Program-made: the position numbers and the translations under genes
Notes under the pieces: model-generated
The model's database searches: none
Told to the model about the DNA's origin: nothing
What the model saw: only the letters and a program-made list of their open reading frames with translations
Source of the DNA: Thermoplasmata archaeon
GTDB taxonomy: Archaea > Thermoplasmatota > Thermoplasmata > GCA-020350865
Assembly: GCA_020348445.1 (NCBI GenBank)
Contig: CP070751.1
Span: 375,772-439,771 of the forward strand
DNA: 64,000 nucleotides
Direction of reading: 5' to 3'
Shown: in pieces, positions 20,979-30,500 of the stretch
Layout of the letters: each line of letters opens with the position of its first letter
Position numbering within the stretch: the stretch's first letter is position 1

Positions 20979-21833
20979 TCAGGAGGGGAGGTTAACTGGC
21001 GTTGCATGCATATCAAAGCCCAGTTTCTTTTCGTCCACTCCCAATGCCAATCCATAAAGCTGCGAAAGGTGCAAAACAGGTATGGAATACTCTTCTCCAA
21101 GGTCCTTTTGGCCCCTGTCGTACTGAAGATGGCAAAATGGACAGGGATTGACGATGGTGTTTGCTCCAGCTGCTTTGATATTTTCCAGCTTCTGCTTTGT
21201 CATACCCATTGCCAGCTCTGGCACCCTGGCCCTGACTCCACCACCTGCACCGCAGCAGAGGTTCTTGTCCATGTAATCCACGCTTTCGGCTCCCACTGCC
21301 TCAACGAGCTTGTCCAATATCGTGGGTCTTTCTGGATCCTCGATACCCTTTAACTTGTGGGGTTTTAGAAAGTGGCAGCCGTAGTGCACAGCGATCTTCA
21401 ACTTGTCCTGCTTGTTCTTGACCTTCTCTGCGATCTTCTCGACACCCACCTCGTTCATGAGGACATCAACAAAGTGCTTGACATTTGTCTTTCCCCCGTA
21501 CTTCATGCCTATTTCTGCAAGGTTCTTGTTGATCTCTTCCCTCTTCTTATCGTCGTGAAGTAGATGTGCGGCCTCGAACAAGGAGCCGTAGCAACCGTTG
21601 CATATCACAAGGATATCGTTTCCCCCCTTCTCGGCCAGTGCCAGGTTCCTTGCAGCTATTGTAAGCCATGTATTCTGATCAAAGGAGCGGGTAACTCCAG
21701 GTGCTGGGCAGCATGATGCACCTTCCAGCTCGGCAAATTCTACACCAAGTTCCTTTAATATCTCCCTTGTGGCGCTCTCGACTCCAGGATATCTATTGGG
21801 TGCAACGCAGCCCAGAAACAATGCATATCCCAT
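20979..21833 (-). CDS. hdrB: Heterodisulfide reductase subunit B
   Basis: YALFLGC..PNRYPG, CCPAPG, CNGCYGSL, HYGCH, CCGAGGG, CPFCHLQYD; ATG 21833 follows GGAGGTG (track start 21842 is a GTG). Confidence 0.95.
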   Translation of the reverse strand: MGYALFLGCVAPNRYPGVESATREILKELGVEFAELEGASCCPAPGVTRSFDQNTWLTIAARNLALAEKGGNDILVICNGCYGSLFEAAHLLHDDKKREEINKNLAEIGMKYGGKTNVKHFVDVLMNEVGVEKIAEKVKNKQDKLKIAVHYGCHFLKPHKLKGIEDPERPTILDKLVEAVGAESVDYMDKNLCCGAGGGVRARVPELAMGMTKQKLENIKAAGANTIVNPCPFCHLQYDRGQKDLGEEYSIPVLHLSQLYGLALGVDEKKLGFDMHATPVNLPS

Positions 21834-21834
21834 C

Positions 21835-22356
21835 TTAGGCACCTCCTATGAGCTTGTCGAACTTCGTTTTCTTAATGAGCTTCTGCACCTCTTCTAGGGC
21901 CTTTGGGTCCGATAGCGTTGTTGGGGGTGCTTCGCTCAGACCAACAGCCTTTCTCTTCTCCCTGTACTCCTTGCTCAGAGGGACCAGATGTCCTGTCTTT
22001 ACAAGGTAGCCTGCACCCTTTTTGTGTGTCTCTCCCATGAAACCTTCTGCTACAGCCATGTTCCTCAAGGTCAGGATTATATCAGGAATCTCCACTCCCC
22101 TTGGGCATCTTTCATGACACGTGTAACATGTTGTGCAGAACCAGAGATCGTCTGTTGGCAGGATATCGTCTTTAAAGCCCAACTGTGCCCTTCTGATAAC
22201 CTTTCTCACTCTGAAAGCCGTGAGCCTACCCGAGGGACAGCTTCCCGTGCATGTTCCGCATTGAAAACAGAGGTTCAGTGTGTCTGCTCCCTTAGCAATC
22301 ACCGCATTGGTAAATTCAGGGTTCGGTGTTTTTGGTTTCTTATCAGATTCAGCCAT
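21835..22356 (-). CDS. hdrC: Heterodisulfide reductase subunit C
   Basis: Two [4Fe-4S] motifs, CFQCGTCTGSCP and CTTCYTCHERCP; abuts hdrB. Confidence 0.95.
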   Translation of the reverse strand: MAESDKKPKTPNPEFTNAVIAKGADTLNLCFQCGTCTGSCPSGRLTAFRVRKVIRRAQLGFKDDILPTDDLWFCTTCYTCHERCPRGVEIPDIILTLRNMAVAEGFMGETHKKGAGYLVKTGHLVPLSKEYREKRKAVGLSEAPPTTLSDPKALEEVQKLIKKTKFDKLIGGA

Positions 22357-22674
22357 AAATCGTCACCAAAATCCCATAAAAACATTCTCCTATATATAAA
22401 TTCGCAAGTTTTTTGGTCAGTATTACCATTTAGGGTAATACTATAGATTATTTATACTCGATTGCCCCTTTTTATCCTGGGATTTGGCAACATTTGCCAT
22501 TCACGAAAGTTTCAAGTACGCAGAAGGCATTTTACTGAGTGTATTAAGACACAAAGATGTCAGATATGGCCCCACAAAAAAGTGTATGGGAATAATTGAG
22601 ATTTAAATGCACATATCCCTGTATTAAGGGACAATCACCGGGGCTTTGATAATATGAAACGGGAGGCAAGATTG

Positions 22675-23118
22675 ATGACAGAAGAATTAAAGACTTTAGA
22701 GGGATTGCGCGAGAAAGTGGAATCTTTTTTGCGCAACAAAGAACTGAGCTATGAGGTAAGACCTGAAGGGGATTTTTGGCTCCGCCAGGGCTCCACACTT
22801 GTTGTGATTTCGCCTAACCAGTGGGAAGAGCGGACCTTGGTTAGACTGGCGTCGCCTGTAGCAATTAACGTAACGGACGTTTCCCCTGAGCTCACCAAGT
22901 ATCTGGTTGAGATGAACCATCAACTCCTTTTCGGCAAGTTCGCCTTGGATACCGAGGGAAAGACCATATGGTACGAACATGTACTTCTGGGTGATTTCCT
23001 AAACGAGGAGGAGCTTTTCGTTGGATTGGCTGCAGTGGCACTCACAGCCGACGATTTCGATGAAAAGGTATCTGAGATGGCAGGGGGAAAGAGGGTTTCA
23101 GACCTAAAGAAAAAGTGA
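22675..23118 (+). CDS. YbjN / type III secretion chaperone-like domain protein
   Basis: LVEMNHQLLFGKFAL...IWYEHVLLGDFL.EEEL...VALTADDFDE pattern; GGGAGG precedes ATG 22675 (track start 22654). Confidence 0.7.
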   Translation: MTEELKTLEGLREKVESFLRNKELSYEVRPEGDFWLRQGSTLVVISPNQWEERTLVRLASPVAINVTDVSPELTKYLVEMNHQLLFGKFALDTEGKTIWYEHVLLGDFLNEEELFVGLAAVALTADDFDEKVSEMAGGKRVSDLKKK

Positions 23119-23331
23119 TTCACAATCTGAGGAAAAATTGTGCAGGCAGATACCAAAATTCGAACATTGGCAGTTGGAATGCGAGGCTTTGATTATGCCT
23201 TATTCCCAAAATCAGGCCAATTATTGAAGATCCATTTTAAGAACCCTGTTAATTGGGAATTCGGATTTACGGGAAGAAATAGAAGTAATTAACAATAAAG
23301 TTATATTGATACACTGGAAAAGGTGATTGTT

Positions 23332-24753
23332 ATGGTATACGGCGGCTACAAATATCTTGAATTTGACTACGAGCCAGATTCTGAATCTGACATCGTAGTC
23401 TGGCACTGGGTTTCTGGTTCAATGCCCATCGAGAAGCTCTCGGAGGCCCTGGCAGCAGAATCTTCTGTAGGTACATGGACAGAGCTAAAGACTGTGAACA
23501 TGGAGGTATTTGAAAAGCTCAGGGCCAAGGTGTTCAGGATAGAGAAGGTATCTGAAAATTCGGGTTTTGTGTGGCTCGCTTATCCTTTAGATCATTTTGA
23601 TACAAAGAATATTCTTCAGATACTGGCCTCGATCCGTGGTAACGTATATGGACTTAGCGAACTTGAGGCCCTAAAATTTCTTGACATCACATTTCCCAGA
23701 AAACTCCAGAGGACTTTTTCGGGACCGAGGTACGGGCTCGAAGGTGTGAGAAACAGGCTGGGTACGAACGTTTCGCGAAGACCTCATATGGGCACAATAG
23801 TCAAGCCCAAGGTAGGGCTTGCTCCAAAGGAGTGGGCAGACGTTGCCTATCAGGCTTTTATCGGTGGGGTTGATTTTGTAAAGGACGACGAGAACCTGGT
23901 GGACCAGGAGTTCTGTCCCTGGGAGGAAAGAGTTCACGCTGTTTTAGAGGTAATAGACAGGGTAAAGGACGAGACCGGAAGGACTGTTATTTATTCACCA
24001 AATATCACTGATAGATATTCCAGAATGCTAGAGCGCATGGACAAATTAAAAGAAATTGGGTGGGACGTGGCAATGCTGGATGTCTATATGATAGGCTATG
24101 CCGCCTTGATGGAGATGGTTGAGGAACTGCACAAAAACGGATTCATAATCCATGCCCACAGGGCAGGGCACACTGCAGAGACTAGGGGAAAGTTCGGATG
24201 CGAGTACAGTGTTTTTGCCAAGATATGGAGGCTCATTGGAGTGGACCAGCTTCACACAGGAACTGGAGTTGGAAAGATGGAGGGCGCGCCTCTTACAATC
24301 AACCTATATGGAAAAATTTGCAGGGACAAGAATATCCCAGAGGCTTTGCATCTTCTTTCCCTTGGGTTTGATTGGGACGATACAATCAATCCTCTGATGC
24401 CAGTTGCCTCGGGGGGTCTTGATGCAGGCAAGGTTGATGCATTAGTCGAGATATATGGTAAAGATGTTGTGATTCAGGCAGGAGGCGGAATTCACGGTCA
24501 CCCTGATGGCACCGTGGCGGGAGCCCGGTCCTTGAGATGCGCAGTGGAGGGTGTTATGGAAGGAAAAAGCTCGAAGGAGAAGGCTGAAGAATGCAAGGAA
24601 CTGAAGGTTGCCCTGGACAAGTGGGGATATGTGGAGCCAGAGGAAATAAGAAAGGTTTTTGCCCAGGTCGAGGAAAAAAAGGATGAACTTGATAAGATAC
24701 TACTTAAACAGGGATATGAGATGTTTGATATAGTGGGGGAATTAATCAGTTAA
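23332..24753 (+). CDS. rbcL: Ribulose-1,5-bisphosphate carboxylase, form III-type large subunit
   Basis: AAESSVGTW, KPKVG, GGVDFVKDDEN, HAHRAGH, LHTGT.VGKMEG, PVASGG, AGGGIHGHP; GGTGA RBS before ATG 23332. Confidence 0.92.
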   Translation: MVYGGYKYLEFDYEPDSESDIVVWHWVSGSMPIEKLSEALAAESSVGTWTELKTVNMEVFEKLRAKVFRIEKVSENSGFVWLAYPLDHFDTKNILQILASIRGNVYGLSELEALKFLDITFPRKLQRTFSGPRYGLEGVRNRLGTNVSRRPHMGTIVKPKVGLAPKEWADVAYQAFIGGVDFVKDDENLVDQEFCPWEERVHAVLEVIDRVKDETGRTVIYSPNITDRYSRMLERMDKLKEIGWDVAMLDVYMIGYAALMEMVEELHKNGFIIHAHRAGHTAETRGKFGCEYSVFAKIWRLIGVDQLHTGTGVGKMEGAPLTINLYGKICRDKNIPEALHLLSLGFDWDDTINPLMPVASGGLDAGKVDALVEIYGKDVVIQAGGGIHGHPDGTVAGARSLRCAVEGVMEGKSSKEKAEECKELKVALDKWGYVEPEEIRKVFAQVEEKKDELDKILLKQGYEMFDIVGELIS

Positions 24754-24790
24754 AACAAACCTTAATAATTGGCATTTAAAATGAGATTTA

Positions 24791-25597
24791 TTATGATATC
24801 CATCCTGATGATCTTGATAATATTATTTTTGGCAAATAATTTTGGTCTAAAACGATAGTTTGTTTAACCCTTCCCCCATAAGCTGCAAGAGGTCCATAAG
24901 TTTCCTCATATTCAAAATTTTGGACAATCAAGTACACATTTGACAAATTCATCTGAGCAAATGTCGTGTTTATAGTAATGATTTCTAGACTATTATTTAT
25001 AAAAATAGCACATTTATAAAAGACCACATCACTTGGATCCTCAGAAATATCAATCAAATATATATCTTCATTGATATAAACTGAATAGGAGTGATTATAG
25101 TAGGTTATTGAAATTTCTGAATATTCTTTTGCTTCTACTTTATAATTTAAATTCACTCTTACAGAAATAAGGGGGTCATTTTTTAATTTTTCAATTTTAT
25201 TTTTGTAAAAATCCAAAGCCTCTTTATCAAATACCCTCGGCCAGACATAGGCGGTAGGTTCTGTAGAAGGACTATCTATCGGTCTAGAATCATATTGATA
25301 GCGGGAAGTATTTAAAATTGTAGCTAAATCCAACTCCTCAGTTATTTTAATCGCCTCCTTTTCACCGTCGTTCGAATATTTTCTTTTAATATTGATCTCA
25401 TAATGATGGCTAAAAACATATGATAAACATCCTAGAACAATTATAACTACTAGTAATAAAGCGATTATTATTATTTTTTTTCTATTTAGCTCATCATTAA
25501 TTTTTGTGGGCATTTCTTTCATATAATAGATTATTCCTATGATTGCTAAAATGATAAGAAAAATAAAAAATATCGGGAATATGCAGATTAAGAACAT
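24791..25597 (-). CDS. Hypothetical membrane protein (two N-terminal TM helices, extracellular domain)
   Basis: 268-aa ORF with two hydrophobic stretches; visibly AT-rich. Confidence 0.65.
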   Translation of the reverse strand: MFLICIFPIFFIFLIILAIIGIIYYMKEMPTKINDELNRKKIIIIALLLVVIIVLGCLSYVFSHHYEINIKRKYSNDGEKEAIKITEELDLATILNTSRYQYDSRPIDSPSTEPTAYVWPRVFDKEALDFYKNKIEKLKNDPLISVRVNLNYKVEAKEYSEISITYYNHSYSVYINEDIYLIDISEDPSDVVFYKCAIFINNSLEIITINTTFAQMNLSNVYLIVQNFEYEETYGPLAAYGGRVKQTIVLDQNYLPKIILSRSSGWIS

Positions 25598-25808
25598 TTT
25601 ATCACTCAGTCAATGATTGTAAATTCCATTAGTTTTCTTTGCATACCGCCTCCTCAGTAAACGTATTTCTAAAAGGGTATATAAACTTATATAGGGGGTG
25701 AGGAGTGACTTTTCATAGGATATTAAAGAATCGAGAAACCCACCAAGTCCCCCCATTACAGAACAAAATCGCAATTTATTTATCTGATTATATCAATAAT
25801 ATATATTG

Positions 25809-27404
25809 ATGAGAAGGAAGGGAGCTGTAATCTGGCTTAGCCTGGTCATAATCTTTACCTCTATCGTAATAGTCATTGAGATCGCTCCAATCATAGAAAG
25901 TGCAGATACGTACTATGTTGACGATGAGCTAGGTGAGGGACCCGGCAATCCCCCTGAGGATTTTACCAGCATCCAGGATGCGATAAATTTCTCCAATAAT
26001 CTAGATACAGTATTTGTCTATAACGGAACCTATTATGAGAATATTGTCGTGGATAAGCAAATAAACTTGACAGGGGAGGATAAGAATAGTACTATAATTG
26101 ACGGACGTGGGAACAAAGAGGTGGTTAGATTAGAAGGAGGATGGGCCAATATCAAAGGATTTACAATCACAAACAGTAGCTCAGAAGATATTTGGGACCC
26201 AGAAGCTGGAGTGTATGTAATATCTCATTATAACACAATTTCTGACAACAATATAATTTTTAACGATGAACATGGTGTCTATCTAGATTCTTCAAATTAT
26301 AACACAATTTCTAATAATAATATCTCCTCAAACCATGAAGGAATCTTCTTAATGACAAGCAATGATAACACGATAATAAATAACTTTATTTTATCTGATA
26401 TTTTTGGAGTTAGGATATGGGAATCCCTACGAAATAACGTTTCTTTCAATGCTTTGACAAATATTAGTTGGGCCATATATTTGGCTGAATCTAGTACCTA
26501 TAATACTATTTTCCATAACAACATATGGGACAATGGTCATGGCATTCGTATTGTCAGTTCATCCAATGAAAACACAATTTCATACAACAACATATTCAAT
26601 AATAGAAGAAGTGGTATCAATATGTCTAGTTCAGATAACAATATTTTTCATCACAACAATTTTGTAAATAATCTTAAACATATTGGATTGTATGGAGGAA
26701 TCGGCAACGTCTGGGACGATGGAAATGGTGAGGGTAATTATTGGGACGACTACAGTGGTTTAGATGATGGGAGCGGGGGAAGAACCAAAGGTGATGGAAT
26801 AGGCGACACCGAAATCCCGCATCCGTATGTTGATCAAGGAAGTGGATACTATCAACTGGATAACTATCCCTTTATGAATCCTATAGGAAATTACCTCTTT
26901 CTTCATCAGGGTTGGAACCTCATCTCTATCCCAAAAATTCAATCAGATACTAACCTGGATACGGTTTTATCCTCTATTTCCGGATCTTACGATTCACTGC
27001 AATGGTATAATGCAAGCGATCCTTATGATCCATGGAAACACCACCATATATCAAAACCACCGCATTTGAATGATTTAGAGGGTATTGACCATTTAATGGG
27101 GTACTGGATTCATGTGACCCAGCCTAATGGGAGTATATTCGAATATTATGGAACAGAGCCAACCCAAAATCAGACCATCACCCTCTATCCTGGCTGGAAC
27201 ATGGTTGGATATCCTTCCCTCACAAGGTATAACAGAACAGAGGGGTTGAACAACATAACCTATGATACAGATGTTGATGCAATAATAAGTTACAATTCTG
27301 CGATACAGAAATGGGAGAAGATGGATGAGACTAATCATTTCAGGATTGGAAAAGGGTATTATATTCACTCAAAGGGAAAGATAGAGTGGGTGGTCCCCCT
27401 CTAA
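25809..27404 (+). CDS. Secreted NosD/CASH beta-helix protein with shared GWNL..P C-terminal module
   Basis: Signal peptide, YYVDD...DFTSIQDAIN...VFVYNGTYYENI start, beta-helix repeats, GNYWDDY cap; C-terminal module from ~26889. Confidence 0.85.
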   Translation: MRRKGAVIWLSLVIIFTSIVIVIEIAPIIESADTYYVDDELGEGPGNPPEDFTSIQDAINFSNNLDTVFVYNGTYYENIVVDKQINLTGEDKNSTIIDGRGNKEVVRLEGGWANIKGFTITNSSSEDIWDPEAGVYVISHYNTISDNNIIFNDEHGVYLDSSNYNTISNNNISSNHEGIFLMTSNDNTIINNFILSDIFGVRIWESLRNNVSFNALTNISWAIYLAESSTYNTIFHNNIWDNGHGIRIVSSSNENTISYNNIFNNRRSGINMSSSDNNIFHHNNFVNNLKHIGLYGGIGNVWDDGNGEGNYWDDYSGLDDGSGGRTKGDGIGDTEIPHPYVDQGSGYYQLDNYPFMNPIGNYLFLHQGWNLISIPKIQSDTNLDTVLSSISGSYDSLQWYNASDPYDPWKHHHISKPPHLNDLEGIDHLMGYWIHVTQPNGSIFEYYGTEPTQNQTITLYPGWNMVGYPSLTRYNRTEGLNNITYDTDVDAIISYNSAIQKWEKMDETNHFRIGKGYYIHSKGKIEWVVPL

Positions 27405-27416
27405 TTCTGGCAAAGA

Positions 27417-27424
27417 TTTTATAT
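27417..27424 (+). promoter_or_regulatory. Candidate archaeal TATA box for 27555-31976
   Basis: TTTTATAT preceded by purine-rich CAAAGA; about 26 nt upstream of a G-starting stem (27451). Confidence 0.35.
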
Positions 27425-27554
27425 GGCTCGAATCGCATATATTCCTTTAAGGGAGCCAGATTCTTCGAGGAAGAAGAACTCCAGTGAAAGATTCCATTAT
27501 GGCTTTGAAATCGAAAGGGCTCCCATGACGCGAATTCGGAGGGGGGTTTAGAAA

Positions 27555-30500
27555 GTGCGAAGGAAAATCTCGAGCATTTTTATAAGTGCAGTGCTTGTGA
27601 TGAATATTCTTGGTGTTATTGCTCAGAATGTGGGGGAATCGAGTTTAAGCTTAAATGGAAATCTGACTGGTGAAGATACGGCCCCTACTCCTGAAAATGT
27701 CGATGATCCAAGTCCTTTTTCGGGTGGAACAGGTGGTCTTGCAGATTCTCCATGGCCGATGTTCCGGGGGAATGTCAGGCATACGGGACTCAGTCCATAC
27801 GATACGAGCGCAAACAACGGAAAATTGAAATGGAGCTATAAGGCCAGTGCTGATATATATTCGTCTCCAGCAATTGGTACCGATGGAACAATCTATGTCG
27901 GGTCCGTGGACAATAATCTCTATGCAATCAACCCAAATGGTACTGAGAAATGGATTTTCACAACAAACGGTGAGGTGATGTCATCACCTGCAATTGCCTC
28001 TGATGGTACAATTTATGTTGGCTCTTGGGATAAAAAACTATATGCAATCAATCCAGATGGAACTGAGAAATGGAACTTCACAGCAAGAGGCTATATAGAA
28101 TCATCTCCTGCAATCGGCTCTGACGGAACAATTTATTTTGGTTCAGGTCATATGGATGATAGGTTGTATGCACTCAATCCGGATGGTACTCTGAAATGGG
28201 ATTTCTACACTTATGTTACAATAACGTCATCACCTGCGATTGGACCAGATGGAACGATCTATGTCGGTTCTTTCAATCGCAGACTGCATGCTATTAATCC
28301 GGATGGATCTGAGAAATGGAATTATGCCACTTATAACTATATTCAGTCATCCCCTGCAATCGGATCTGATGGAATGATTTATTTTGGTTCTCGGGACGAT
28401 AAGATTTATGCGTTAAACCCAAACGGTACTCAAAAATGGAGTTACAAGACTGGAAATGACATAACTTCATCACCCGCTATTGATCCCAATGGAACTATCT
28501 ATGTGGGCTCCTACGATGGTAAGCTGTATGCAATAAATCCTAATGGCACTGAAAAATGGAGTTTTACGACACGTGATGATATCCGTCGGTCATCCCCTGC
28601 AATCGGTTCTGATGGTACCATTTTTATCGGTTCTCTTGACAATAATCTATATGCAATAAATTCAGATGGCACAGAGAAATGGAATTTCACAACTGGACAT
28701 GTTTTTGATTCATCACCTGCGATTGGTTCTGATGGAACAATTTATGTGGGTTCTGCAGATGATAACCTGTACGCCATTGGACCACCTCTTCCCAATCTCG
28801 AAGTTAATGTCACCTCACATTTTTCAGAGCTGAATTCAGCCGCACAATCTGCAATCACAGTTCATGTTACTGATGGCACAAACCCAGTTCAAGGTGCAAC
28901 CGTAACTTTATCTTCAGATAATGGGGGAATGTTCAGCCCACTAAGTGGCATTACCGATAGTAACGGCAATTTTAAAAGTATATTCAATGCACCCACCATT
29001 ACGATACAAACAATTTGTAGAATTACAGCTCAAGCAACTAAATCTGGATATGAGAGCGCTTCTGATTATGTTGATATCACTTTAAATCCAATACCATGGC
29101 CGATGTTCCGTCATCATCTCAACCATACTGGTGTTAGCCCGTATGATACGAGTGAAAATCCCGGTAAACTGAAATGGAATTTCTCAACTGGTGCTGGGAT
29201 TAAATCATCACCTGCAATTGGCTTTGATGGTACTATTTACGTAGGTTCTTATGATAAAAATCTATATGCAATCTATCCAAATGGCACAGAAAAATGGAAT
29301 TTTAAAACTGGATCAAGGATATCTTCATCACCAATAATCGGCTCTGATGGAACTATTTACATAGGCTCTGAGGATAAAAACGTTTATGCAATCAATCCAG
29401 ATGGTACCGAGAAATGGAATTATACCACAGGTATGAAGATTGTAGATTTATCTGCCACAATAGGTTCCGATGGAACAATCTATATTGGCTCTTTTGACAA
29501 CAAACTCCATGCAATTAACTCAGATGGCACTCCAAAATGGAGTTACGCAACTGAAGAAAATATACATTCAAAACCAGCAATCGGTACTGATGGAACCATT
29601 TATTTAACTTCAATTGACAATAATCTGTACGCAATCAATCAGGGTAGTACTGAGAAATGGAGTTTCAAAACTCATTCTTATATATATTCATCACCCACAA
29701 TCGGAACTGATGGGACGATTTATGTAGGTTCTGCTGATAGAAAATTTTATGCGATAAATCCAAATGGCACCGAAAAATGGAATTTCGAAACTGGTGGTAT
29801 GGTATATTCAACAGCAGCGATAGATGCCGACGGTACATTATATGTAGGTTCTCATGATAATAAATTATATGCAATCAATCCAGATGGCACTGAGAAATGG
29901 AATTTCACAACTGGTGATGGCATTTGGTTGTCATCACCTGCAATCAGCTCTGAAGGTACGATTTATATCGGCTCCTACGATAATAAATTATATGCAATTA
30001 ATTCTGATGGTACTGAGAGATGGAGCTTTACTACTGGTGACGATGTATGGTCATCACCAGCCATTGGCTCAGATGGCACAATTTATATAGGTTCCCACGA
30101 CGGTAATTTATATGCCATTGGAAAGCCACAAATCCAACCACCAGTAGCAGATGCAGGCCCCGACCAAACCGTAAACGAAGGCGACATTGTCCAATTCGAC
30201 GGCTCAGGCTCCTACGATCCCGATGGCGAGCCTGGAGCATGGATTTTCAAGGCTGACAACCCGTCACCTACATGGGGTTGTGCGGCTGCGACTTTGAATG
30301 GCGAAATATACTATATGGGGGGAATTCCCTGCTATCCCATCGTTAATCCGTCCTCAGTCTTCATGAAATACAATCCTGCAACTGATTCTTGGTTCAGTCT
30401 GCCAGACCTTCCCGCCCCGAGGGCCTATCTTGGCGCGACAGCGGCAAACAACAAGATCTATGCCATTGGGGGTAGTGATGGAGCCAACAGCACAGACTCT

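Noticed and set aside
27860-30120. Regular ~120-bp repeats that could be mistaken for a CRISPR array
   Set aside because: Degenerate in-frame PQQ-like coding repeats; no identical repeat with unique spacers and no cas genes
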